64,000 bases of DNA, from contig JBKHKA010000003.1 of the NCBI GenBank assembly GCA_046537845.1, positions 17,871 to 81,870 on the forward strand, in the 5' to 3' direction. A model generated the notes under the pieces. It was not told the DNA's origin, searched no databases, and saw nothing but the letters and a program-made list of their open reading frames with translations. Made by a program: the position numbers and the translations under genes. The number at the start of each line of letters is the position of its first letter. Position 1 is the stretch's first letter. This document shows, piece by piece, positions 9,001 through 17,191 of the stretch. Origin of the DNA: Candidatus Aenigmatarchaeota archaeon. GTDB taxonomy: Archaea > Thermoplasmatota > Thermoplasmata > Halarchaeoplasmatales > Halarchaeoplasmataceae.

Positions 9001-11013
9001 ATCGTTTGCACCCTGCATGACGATGTTCTTCACGGTTTGAGAATCCGGATCTTCGTCCTGGGCTTCTTCGTAAGCCTGGTAAACTAATGCAGCTATCCCT
9101 GCAGCGTTCGGTGCGGAAAGGCTGGTTCCGGACCAAAGCGTATAGGATGTAGCGCCGTCGAATGTTCCGATCTCATCCAATTGTTGGTTGAGCGGACTTC
9201 CACTGTAACCGAATTGACCATTGGTCATTATGTCTGGACCGTGCGAACCCATCGAGTGTGGACCTGCACTGGTCATCCCTGTGACCTCACCGTACCACGG
9301 ATTCGGGCCGCCGTCATAATCATTCCATTCGTCAACCCTGTACATCTGATTGCCGGTGGCACCAACGGAGAGTACTCCTTTAGCACCCGAAGGTGCACTC
9401 ACAGTACCGAAACCGCTTCCTTCGTTACCTTCAGAATTCACAAACAGCGTGTTTTGAGTGTACTGGGTTCCTACATAATCGAACAACCTTTCATAGAAAT
9501 TGAATCCACCGTGGTTCTCACCGACCGTGGATCCAAAACTGCTCGATGCTACATCGGCGGTATCTGAATCTATCGCAGGATCACCGGTGTAGCCGTCGGC
9601 CGTGAAGAACAGGGACGTGTAGGAGTTAGGCAGGAACTGAAGTGGGTGTCCAGAAGGCAGATAATCGAAGAACCTGCCCATCGGGATTATCTTGGCATCT
9701 GGTGATATACCTTGTGCGAGACCGGGGTCTTCGCCAGGCGGATAACCACTTCCAGGTTCACCTGTCACGCCTTGGCCTGCGACTGCAGACGCCGTCTGGG
9801 TTCCATGGGTGCCGTAAGAACCAAATCCGTTGAAATCACCCATCAGAGCGACCATCTCTCCGTCTTCTGGTGTTGTGTGGAACTCATCACTTTCTGTAAG
9901 GGTCTGCCAGGCATCTGTCCCAACAAGTGATTCTACCGTTCCGGGTGGATATCCCAGGAAAAGGTTAAGGATCGTGTTGATACGATCTCTCATATGCTGA
10001 GAATACGGTATCGGTGTCTCACCATCTGAGAAGAAGTAAACCATACCGCCAGATATATCGGGTATCCCGTCGCCGTTTATATCCTTGTTGATCGCTTCAG
10101 ATTCAGGGTCATCGCCGTCTATCCACGCACGGGTTTCGTTTTCAAACACTCTGTCGTTCTCCAGGTCCACGTAGATATTACTCCAATCTCCTCCATCATC
10201 TTGGGTCAAGAGGACCGCAGGTCTTTCTAAATACGCAGTATACAACTTTTCATCCGGATGCAGACCGAATCTTACCTTTTCTCCAGCTTCCACACCATCT
10301 GGCATGGTATAGGTGATGTCTCCTTCCTTTTCACTGAAATCGGCGACTATATCTCCACCGTCCTCGTAGGTGGTGTTCTCATAGCTCGTATCTACGTACC
10401 AGCTGTTATCCGGATAACCGGGTTCTACCTCGTAATCCTGGCTTATGTTCCCATCCAATGCGTAGTCGATCATCGACACCGGATCAAAAGCGATCGGATG
10501 GCCGTCGTACGCTTCGTACTCTTCCGGCATCGTTTCCTCGTCATACTCGAAGACCGCATGCGTCCCGACCAGGTCGGGTTGGGCCATATCGAAACCAGTG
10601 TCCATAAGAGACACGGTCACGTTCTCTCCTGTTATACCCATATCGTGTACCGCGTCAACGTTGTGCTGGTCTTTGGTATGCGGATCCGTCAAAATCCCTT
10701 CGGAATCAATATCCATGTCATTAGGAGTTTCAGCTCCGCTCAATATCTCAGTCATCTCTTGATCTAACACATCAGGTTTTATAACTGGATCAGTGGGATC
10801 ACGGTCTCCTTTTACATCTTCTATCTGTTTAATCACTTTGTCATAAAGCTCTGGGTGTTCCTCTGCCACGGTCGATGTCTCTTCCTCGGATGTCTCTTCC
10901 TCAGTATTTTCCGCTGAGACTCCGACTGTAGCCGCTGTAAGGACGGAAAGTATCAAAAGTCCCGCCACTACTACAGACATTACTATCTTCTTCTTTTTAT
11001 CTTTTTCATTCAT
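6091..11013 (-). CDS. Large membrane-anchored S8 subtilase (pyrolysin-like) with Ig-like domains, coiled-coil stalk, TM helix and acidic repeat tail
   Basis: Catalytic motifs MDTGFD (Asp), GTHGT (His), GNEG (oxyanion Asn), GTSLSAP (Ser). ATG at 11013 follows a GGAGG RBS (ORF track starts at 11043). Heptad region of about 170 aa before the TM helix. Confidence 0.92.
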   Translation of the reverse strand: MNEKDKKKKIVMSVVVAGLLILSVLTAATVGVSAENTEEETSEEETSTVAEEHPELYDKVIKQIEDVKGDRDPTDPVIKPDVLDQEMTEILSGAETPNDMDIDSEGILTDPHTKDQHNVDAVHDMGITGENVTVSLMDTGFDMAQPDLVGTHAVFEYDEETMPEEYEAYDGHPIAFDPVSMIDYALDGNISQDYEVEPGYPDNSWYVDTSYENTTYEDGGDIVADFSEKEGDITYTMPDGVEAGEKVRFGLHPDEKLYTAYLERPAVLLTQDDGGDWSNIYVDLENDRVFENETRAWIDGDDPESEAINKDINGDGIPDISGGMVYFFSDGETPIPYSQHMRDRINTILNLFLGYPPGTVESLVGTDAWQTLTESDEFHTTPEDGEMVALMGDFNGFGSYGTHGTQTASAVAGQGVTGEPGSGYPPGEDPGLAQGISPDAKIIPMGRFFDYLPSGHPLQFLPNSYTSLFFTADGYTGDPAIDSDTADVASSSFGSTVGENHGGFNFYERLFDYVGTQYTQNTLFVNSEGNEGSGFGTVSAPSGAKGVLSVGATGNQMYRVDEWNDYDGGPNPWYGEVTGMTSAGPHSMGSHGPDIMTNGQFGYSGSPLNQQLDEIGTFDGATSYTLWSGTSLSAPNAAGIAALVYQAYEEAQDEDPDSQTVKNIVMQGANDINNSPHLQGPGDADALAAVEIAQGEGLYSEESEWRPGMNHEMGAHVEHHVNMLEPGENTTDELTLHNWNQTEDRDYEMSAMVEEQVGSTELELNSGSMGPYPDDENESGRVPLVMINETGVYELSYNETDDQWNISSDPIAELDAPNADLLRLGTHTPYENQGMLDYSLTEFYNWEDVDGNGAFDGFDERNRIGSTSAHSRADELYGYEAHTSDYFSIHDALERAEDGIVVQMNNQHLNMTSMEFDPGLEEPFEFTLNIEQYNQVEWDWIEIEEPTGTVGDGETLEYNVTAEVPEEAPKGIHGGKLMIDDVTNGRTQTVPITITVGKSTDLSEPMKFGAGDGSAAEDMGIYKNDRLYGSWAGGLTGDWRFYTFHLEKKTQRRVEVNLDWDDEDSDMSAYLLGGATRDTLEVADLLEEEGISGYGKDPFSVEDQLVDPSWNYMHRYGFNTLETMEPLVEYHEGDSLNLRSQERLTSGTYMVAVQSHRISGHEPFQEFEGEVRQVPVSISPDYGDVIQGDLVNITAETYEPFANLTSAEITLDDFYEAQKEDIGSQEVNFDIPFVLSTTSHTYDVSVEDEDGNTYLWEDVTFEVDNMAPTLEITKPDGGVTEFTQSEEIVIEGVVDIDDAETVYIDRTDITEQINQTTGEFSVTRILDTEGYNEFTVVAEDEAGNIAKEVVSVLYLPEIGEIWDSIYGLENETWELEQEIMGLSDELNRVEDRLETQIDYIESTMEDLEGDVDELQGTVRDLDISLKQLEFEVETLQGELDELRYELQTAKSELEDRIDELEEQMEIDLEEVKEDLEDKIDELEEQIEAYEEQIDNLESDISTMESDVNSLERDINSVEDDQEEQDEDIGMARNLGIIGLILAILALIAAAVAMSKGGKPAEEEPEEEVFEETEEPEEEDLFEEESEEEDIFGEESEEEDLFEEESEEEELFEEESEEEELFEEESEEEELFEEESEEEEL
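6094..6320. repeat. Intragenic tandem repeat, 30-bp unit with 60-bp higher-order period, encoding (EEESEEEELF)n
   Basis: 6101-6160, 6161-6220 and 6221-6280 are near-identical 60-mers; about 7 decapeptide units. Confidence 0.9.
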
Positions 11014-11215
11014 TTTTTTTCCTCCTTCTTCTAACAGAGCCAATAAGCTCTGCTATACTTCGCAGGACAAATTCTACTCCTAATATATATAATTTAGGAA
11101 GTTTAGTATTTTTATTGTGTTTTTTGAATTATGAGATTAGGATAGAACGGGTGGTCAGTAAAGTTGACAGCGATTAAAATAAAATGATATGTTCCTCCAC
11201 TGTCCAACGCCACCC

Positions 11216-12211
11216 TTACCTTCCCTTCATCTTTCCATATTTCTTATAGTGGTATATCAAAGCAGTTCCCAAGACGGCAAAAAGGATCGGACCGACTCCC
11301 AAGAACGGCGTCACATTATCGTTTCCATTGGTCTGAGAAGGACCTTCCTGAAGTTCATAATTGACCAAAGTTTCGGTTCCGGTTTGCTCCTCCATCGTGA
11401 CATTGTCTCCGGCGCCTACATCTTCAGGCACTCTCCTGGTCTCGTAGATATTCCTGTGGATTATATTTTTTACCTCAGGAGCATAAAATATCTCGAACCT
11501 TTTAAGCTCTAGAGGGTTTACATCCTTATCTAGATCTTCGCCCAATATGGTCAGGTTCACAACAACAGCGTCGAATATCCCTGCATCAACCTCCTTCGTG
11601 ACCCTTCTTTCCACTTCACCATAATACTCGAGGATCTTTCTTGAAGGTTCTATAGCCTCGTCTTCCTCTGGATTCGTATCTTCAAAGAACCAACCCTCGT
11701 CGGAACTCCAATTTTTGCCCACGGTCAGAGGAAAATCCATCTCTACGATAGGGGGATAATAAAAGCTCCTAGCTGCACCTTCAGGATGAGTTAAGAGGGG
11801 AGATAGGTGATCTCTGGTATAATGAAATTCTCCTTCTACCTCGCCTATCTCTTCATCATCTTCTTCGTACTCCCGATTGTGTTTTTCAGACACAACATAG
11901 CTTTTGTAAGTGTCTTCGCCGTCCTCAACGACGTTGTCGATGGTCACTTCACCTCGCTCGTCTGTAACTTCTTTCCTCACCTCGGTGAGATAGGTTATGT
12001 TCTGTGCCAACTCTTCTCTCATCTCGTATCTCCACATATCACCTTTATACCATTCGGGGAGCTCCACATCACCGCCGTCATCCGCCGACGCAGTAAAGGA
12101 TAGACTGACAACAGGAAGGATCAATATCAAAGCAACGAAAAATATGATGACTCCAGATACCCAGTTATTTTTGATTCCAGTTCTGATCTGTTTACTTTTC
12201 ATAGTGGTCAT
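11216..12211 (-). CDS. Secreted/surface hypothetical protein with PGF-CTERM-like anchor (TPF variant)
   Basis: Signal peptide; PEWYKGDMWRY and VDAGIFDA motifs; C-terminal VTPFLG + TM + basic tail. Confidence 0.7.
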   Translation of the reverse strand: MTTMKSKQIRTGIKNNWVSGVIIFFVALILILPVVSLSFTASADDGGDVELPEWYKGDMWRYEMREELAQNITYLTEVRKEVTDERGEVTIDNVVEDGEDTYKSYVVSEKHNREYEEDDEEIGEVEGEFHYTRDHLSPLLTHPEGAARSFYYPPIVEMDFPLTVGKNWSSDEGWFFEDTNPEEDEAIEPSRKILEYYGEVERRVTKEVDAGIFDAVVVNLTILGEDLDKDVNPLELKRFEIFYAPEVKNIIHRNIYETRRVPEDVGAGDNVTMEEQTGTETLVNYELQEGPSQTNGNDNVTPFLGVGPILFAVLGTALIYHYKKYGKMKGR

Positions 12212-12268
12212 CCTGAAATAGTTTTACCTCCTTGTATGATAAAAAGTTTTCGCAGCATATTCCTAGCT

Positions 12269-12721
12269 TCAAACATCCAGACCAGCGATCATCTCTTCGA
12301 CCTTCTCCATTATATCGTCCCAGTGACTCCCTTTCCAGTAATACTGGCCGCAGCCCGGGCAGAACCAGAACTCATCATGCCGTTCGTAGACTCCTTCCGG
12401 GACTTCTCCTTCAGCTTTCTCCTCGTCTATCTTCTCCACGGGCGTATTGCACTTGGCACACCGGGTCAGGGGCTCTACTTCCACTTTATATTCACTCAGA
12501 ACGTCCTTTATTATATTTTCTGGTGGTTCTTTTTCGACAAGGATGACGTCATCTTCTCTCCCGAGTTCTTTATCTCTAGTTATGATGATCCTGTTCTCAT
12601 CCTGGGCGAGCTTCAACAGTTTTTCGTCGTCACCCTCCGGTGCATACTCCGCGTCTATGCCCAAAAGCCTCAACCATTTCGCGGTCTGCCCCAGCATCCT
12701 GTCGACCAGAAATTTACTCAT
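12269..12721 (-). CDS. Mut7-C RNase domain protein (PIN-like fold with Zn ribbon)
   Basis: FLVDRMLG..AKWLRLLGID, IITRD, RCAKCN, CPGCGQYYWKGSH motifs. Confidence 0.9.
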   Translation of the reverse strand: MSKFLVDRMLGQTAKWLRLLGIDAEYAPEGDDEKLLKLAQDENRIIITRDKELGREDDVILVEKEPPENIIKDVLSEYKVEVEPLTRCAKCNTPVEKIDEEKAEGEVPEGVYERHDEFWFCPGCGQYYWKGSHWDDIMEKVEEMIAGLDV

Positions 12722-13352
12722 CTGATCTCACCTTATACTTAAGCAATATTCCTTCGTCGAGTTCTTCATGCCCGATAAATTCCAAATCTATCACACCATC
12801 CAGGTCAGCGGCGCCTTCTCCGTCTACCGGCGTTGGAGCTTCCCTCCCGCCTATCACCAAGCTTCCGACGAAAACTGTGAATTTATCGACGGCGCCGAGC
12901 TCGAAGAAAGAACTGATGACCTCCCCACCGCCTTCAACGAGTAATGTTTCTATCCCTCTTTTTTCCAGCTCATCCAACAGAAACCCTATATCGACTCTAT
13001 CCCCCCTCCCGCATCTTATCCAACCTTCTTTGTCCACATCTTCAGTCGTAGCGATCAACCAGTCTCCCTTCTCGAACAACTGAGCGTCTTCGGGAGTCCT
13101 GGCCTTGGAATCTAAAACCACTTTGAGAGGATGTTCTACCCTCTCTCCACTCACGTACTCTTCCTTTACGGTCAACTTTGGGTCGTCAGACAACACCGTT
13201 CCTATCCCGACCAAGATGGCATCGACTTCGTTCCTCAGCTCGTGCACCCTCTCGAAGTCCTCTTCTCCCGATATCTTGACTTCCGTTCTATCGGGAAGGG
13301 CTATCTTCCCGTCGGCGGACATCGCCACGTTGATCATCACTTCAGGCCTCAT
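12714..13352 (-). CDS. arfC: 2,5-diamino-6-ribosylamino-4(3H)-pyrimidinone 5'-phosphate reductase (archaeal RibD-C/ArfC)
   Basis: AMSADGKI, DAILVGIGTVLSDDPKLT, LLVEGGG motifs; ATG 13352 after a GAGGAG RBS. Confidence 0.88.
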   Translation of the reverse strand: MRPEVMINVAMSADGKIALPDRTEVKISGEEDFERVHELRNEVDAILVGIGTVLSDDPKLTVKEEYVSGERVEHPLKVVLDSKARTPEDAQLFEKGDWLIATTEDVDKEGWIRCGRGDRVDIGFLLDELEKRGIETLLVEGGGEVISSFFELGAVDKFTVFVGSLVIGGREAPTPVDGEGAADLDGVIDLEFIGHEELDEGILLKYKVRSDE

Positions 13353-13365
13353 CGTGAACAACTCC

Positions 13366-14361
13366 TCAATATTCTATCTTCACTACTCCGTCTTCTTTCA
13401 GATTCAGATCCACACCTTCAAATCGATTCACGAGCCAAACGTTCGTCTCAAGGTGGCCCGTCTTCTTCCTCGCTCTCATGACTCCATCTCCGTCCATGAC
13501 CGCTAGATAAGGTATGAGTTGGTCCGCTGCATGGATATCCACATCGACTCTAGACCCTATCTCTTTCCTCAGTCCTTCGGCCACCTCTCCCCCCACTTTT
13601 TCTGCCGGGACTCCTTTTTCTCCTAAAACTCCCTTACCAACTATCCTGGGTCCGGTGGTCCAAAGCACTATACCGGTCCCCGCACTTGGTGAATCGTACT
13701 TCTCTATCGAGATGGAAGTTTCGTCCTCCATGAACTCCTTCAAGACTTCTTTCTTCATCCTCCGGGCGATATGTTCCGGTAAGTTGGTCACGAAAGCCCT
13801 GCCGCGTATATCACCGAAGTCCTGAGAGGGCTCGTAAGGTGTGATCTCACCACCTCTGACCCTCAGCTCGATCTCTCCCCCTCCTTTGGGATAGTGGCCT
13901 CGTTTTATCAGTTTACACTCTATATCGGCGCCCATCATCTTCAAGAGTGCAAGGAAAACGTTCTTGAAATGATCGTAGGGCGGCGACCACTTCACGTCGG
14001 TACCTCCTTTCAATCTAAATGTGAATTCCTCTCCACTAAAGAGCGCCGGCGGGATCAAGGCTTGAGAGAGCAGAGTCACGCTTCCAGCGGTCCCGATGTC
14101 GAATCTGTAATATCCGCCTTCTATACGGCCGGGTTCGAATATGATCTCCGAAGAACTTTTGTGAGCGCCTTCGATCTCGGCACCACACATCTCCTCAGCG
14201 GCTCTGATGGCCATCATATGCTGGTGAGAAAGACCGGGATTCGGTCTGTTCGCCCTTATGTCAGTGACCTTTATCTCTTCCTGGGTGATCATGGACATGG
14301 CCAGAGCGGTCCTGAGGACCTGGCCTCCGCCTTCTCCGTGAGAGCCGTCTATCTTTAACAC
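13366..14361 (-). CDS. rtcA: RNA 3'-terminal phosphate cyclase
   Basis: IDGSHGEGGGQVLR, RPNPGL, GTAGS, KGGTDV, GHYPKGGG, ADQL and catalytic GHLETN motifs. Confidence 0.95.
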   Translation of the reverse strand: MLKIDGSHGEGGGQVLRTALAMSMITQEEIKVTDIRANRPNPGLSHQHMMAIRAAEEMCGAEIEGAHKSSSEIIFEPGRIEGGYYRFDIGTAGSVTLLSQALIPPALFSGEEFTFRLKGGTDVKWSPPYDHFKNVFLALLKMMGADIECKLIKRGHYPKGGGEIELRVRGGEITPYEPSQDFGDIRGRAFVTNLPEHIARRMKKEVLKEFMEDETSISIEKYDSPSAGTGIVLWTTGPRIVGKGVLGEKGVPAEKVGGEVAEGLRKEIGSRVDVDIHAADQLIPYLAVMDGDGVMRARKKTGHLETNVWLVNRFEGVDLNLKEDGVVKIEY

Positions 14362-14447
14362 GATATCGCCGTTCCTTCGTACATTTACCCGTAAAGGAGC
14401 GAATCCGATTTAGATTTTTCCACCGAGTTTGGTCTTTCAGAAACAGC

Positions 14448-14522
14448 CTAAGGGAGAAATAGAAGTTGGAAGGTGATGAAGGCCATCCCCCCCACGAACT
14501 CACCGACGATCGGCTCTACCAT
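14448..14522 (-). CDS. Putative 24-aa hydrophobic small protein/leader peptide upstream of rtcA
   Basis: ATG 14522 to TAG 14448: MVEPIVGEFVGGMAFITFQLLFLP; lies about 35 nt downstream of a TTTAAAA TATA-like element. Confidence 0.3.
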   Translation of the reverse strand: MVEPIVGEFVGGMAFITFQLLFLP

Positions 14523-14596
14523 TCAGCGAGAAAAGAGAAAAAGAAAAAACAATAGTTTTAAATAACAATTGATGTATTTTTAAATAGGTGATCAAG

Positions 14597-15418
14597 ATGG
14601 TTAGAAGACCAGCGGTCGCGGGGCAGTTCTATCCTGGGACTGAAGGAGGTTTGAAGCAGAAGATAGAAGAGTGTTTTGAACATGACTTGGGACCGGGTGA
14701 TATACCCTCTGAAGAGGGTAACAAAAGAGAGATAAAGGGACTCGTTTGTCCTCACGCGGGCTATGTTTATTCCGGTCCGGTTGCGGCTCATTCCTATAAA
14801 GCTTTGATGGAAAACGGTCTGCCGGAAACTGCGATAATATTGGGGCCAAACCACCACGGCATGGGAGCTGGTGTCGCACTAGCAGAAGATCCCTACAGCA
14901 CGCCTTTAGGGACCGCGGAGATAGACGAGGACATCGCGGAATCTCTGGCTGGAGGTGTGATCCAAAGAGACGACGTGGCTCACCAAAGGGAACATTCTCT
15001 GGAGGTTCAGATCCCGTTTTTACAGTACTTATCAAGATCCATCAAAGTGGTCCCGATATGCCTCAACAAGCAGGACCTTAAAACTTCGAAGAAACTTGGA
15101 GAACGGATAAAAAAAGCTGTAGCTACAGACCAAAAAGATGTCGTTGTCATCGCTTCTACGGACTTCTCACATTACGTTCTTAAGGAGAACGCGGAGAAAA
15201 AGGACAAGATGGCCATAGACAAAATTCTAGCCAACGACCCCGATGGGCTTTTCCAGACGGTCCAAGAGAACAATATCTCCATGTGTGGTTACGGAGCCGT
15301 GGCGGCGATGATGATAGGTTCAGGCGGCGAAAAAGGAGAACTTTTGAAGTACGCCACCAGCGGTGACGTGATGCCGCAGAAAGAAGTGGTAGGGTACGGT
15401 GCGCTCTCTTTCAAGTGA
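14597..15418 (+). CDS. AmmeMemoRadiSam system protein B (MEMO1 family)
   Basis: RRPAVAGQFYP, PHAGYVYSG, GPNHHG, EHSLEVQIPF, ASTDFSHY, SMCG, VVGY motifs. Confidence 0.93.
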   Translation: MVRRPAVAGQFYPGTEGGLKQKIEECFEHDLGPGDIPSEEGNKREIKGLVCPHAGYVYSGPVAAHSYKALMENGLPETAIILGPNHHGMGAGVALAEDPYSTPLGTAEIDEDIAESLAGGVIQRDDVAHQREHSLEVQIPFLQYLSRSIKVVPICLNKQDLKTSKKLGERIKKAVATDQKDVVVIASTDFSHYVLKENAEKKDKMAIDKILANDPDGLFQTVQENNISMCGYGAVAAMMIGSGGEKGELLKYATSGDVMPQKEVVGYGALSFK

Positions 15419-15420
15419 TC

Positions 15421-16410
15421 TCACGTTCGTCTCCGCGGACTGTAACTTTTGATAGAACAGTTCGAGCTCTTTTCACAATCTCCACAGTCTCTAGGGGATG
15501 TGACGCATCCACTCTCTCTGCTGATGGTGGACACATCTTTCTCATCAACCTCCATCTCACCGGGGATACCGGGTCTTCCGCTCCAGCTAACATCTTTGAG
15601 CCCCGCTTTTTCGGCGGTGGTCACCGCCCGGTTTAGAGCTTTTCTTCCGACTCCTGAGTAATCTTCAAGGACAAAATTCGGCCTGAAAGCGAGGAAATTC
15701 AGCGGCAGTTCCTCATCGATCTCATAAAGAAATCTTGACAGAGGTCTTACGTCCTTCTCGTTCACTTCCGGTATCAAAAGATATCGGAACTCCCACAGTT
15801 TTTCTGGCGAGTCCACGGCGACGTTCCTTGCGTTCCTCAGCACCGGTCCCACCGGAGCGCCGGTCAGCTCTCTGTGAGTCTTGTCCCTGAACGCCTTTAT
15901 ATCGAACGTGATCGAACTGGTGAAGTCGAGCACTCTCTCCAATGATCTTTCAGTCAAAAATCCGTTGGTATCGTAATTGACTTTTATCTCTCCATCTATC
16001 TTTCTAGCCTCTTCGACCACCTTCTCGATGTAAGGTAAACTTGGCGTTGGAGAACCGCCGCTGAAAAATATCCTGTCGGCGCCGATCATCCTCCCTTCCA
16101 ATGAGTTTATCTCGCTCGCCGCTTCCTCCGCCAGCTCTTCCGGCGGCGATATACCTCTAACATCAGTTCTCTGCTCGGGAAAATGCGCTATATCCCAGTT
16201 CTGGCAGCTCAAACATCTAAAATTACAGCCGGCCATAAAAACAGTATAGCTCTGCGGAGGAGCTGGATGGAGTGTGGCTGAAGCGACTCTAGGTTCTTCA
16301 AGCATGCAAACTCCTACCTCTCCTTCCAACCTGTTCACGCCGCATCTCCACTCACAGAGCTCGCAATCCTTGAGTTCCACTAGAAGATCTTTCATCTTAA
16401 CTAACTCCAT
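15421..16410 (-). CDS. Radical SAM protein, PFL-activating enzyme (PflX/AmmeMemoRadiSam-like) with N- and C-terminal Cys clusters
   Basis: CNFRCLSC radical SAM motif; N-terminal CELCEWRC..C; C-terminal C..CGDC..C. Confidence 0.85.
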   Translation of the reverse strand: MELVKMKDLLVELKDCELCEWRCGVNRLEGEVGVCMLEEPRVASATLHPAPPQSYTVFMAGCNFRCLSCQNWDIAHFPEQRTDVRGISPPEELAEEAASEINSLEGRMIGADRIFFSGGSPTPSLPYIEKVVEEARKIDGEIKVNYDTNGFLTERSLERVLDFTSSITFDIKAFRDKTHRELTGAPVGPVLRNARNVAVDSPEKLWEFRYLLIPEVNEKDVRPLSRFLYEIDEELPLNFLAFRPNFVLEDYSGVGRKALNRAVTTAEKAGLKDVSWSGRPGIPGEMEVDEKDVSTISRESGCVTSPRDCGDCEKSSNCSIKSYSPRRRT

Positions 16411-16448
16411 TATCGCTCGATGCGGCTAATATATCTGTTGCTAGAGGA

Positions 16449-17117
16449 TCAATAGTTACCCATCCCCGTTCTTACATCACCTTCAGTCTCGTAGTGACCC
16501 TCGCCTGAGCCTTCTATCTCTCTCCAGAACCTGTCATAATACTCGTTTCCCGACCAGCCGCCGACCCACCAGGAGTTGCTGCCGTATATCTCCACACTGA
16601 TATTCGTTCTCGCATCTTCACCGGCTTCGAATCGAGCGAATATCTCACCGGTGTATTCGTAACATTCGACATCGTCAGAGGTTCCAGGATAATCACATTC
16701 CACCTCCGTAGTATCTGCTTTGGGCTCCAGCATCGGCTCTTTCTCCCAAGGATCTTTTGTATCGATATCATCCTCGCTCCCCATCGAAACGTATACGGAT
16801 CTATAAGATCCTCCTTCGATCCTATCCGCGGTTATGACTAACACATTTTGGTACTCTATACCGCCCAATGAAATCGATCTATTGAATATCACATCCCAGT
16901 CCTCCGGAGCGGTTATGTTCTCTTCGGACAATTCTTCTGGAAGAGGGACCATCACGGTCACGTTGTATATGTCTCTATCAGGATGTATCTCCACCTGATA
17001 CTCGTATTCGCTAGAATAGCTGCTTTTTTTCATATCCCACATCACTATATATATTGAAGCTGCTATTATCACTACAGCTATTATGATAAGTCCCAGTATC
17101 TTGAATATCGTTCTCAT
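16449..17117 (-). CDS. Membrane-anchored hypothetical protein
   Basis: N-terminal TM helix followed by an acidic extracellular domain; 222-aa ORF. Confidence 0.7.
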   Translation of the reverse strand: MRTIFKILGLIIIAVVIIAASIYIVMWDMKKSSYSSEYEYQVEIHPDRDIYNVTVMVPLPEELSEENITAPEDWDVIFNRSISLGGIEYQNVLVITADRIEGGSYRSVYVSMGSEDDIDTKDPWEKEPMLEPKADTTEVECDYPGTSDDVECYEYTGEIFARFEAGEDARTNISVEIYGSNSWWVGGWSGNEYYDRFWREIEGSGEGHYETEGDVRTGMGNY

Positions 17118-17191
17118 ATCATCACTCCCTATACCTATAGGATGATAAGTGCGAAGAATGATATATACCTTTTTATCAGCGATAGTATATC

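Noticed and set aside
14461-14530. Possible C/D box sRNA (GTGATGA at about 14473)
   Set aside because: No convincing CTGA D box at a suitable distance on that strand.
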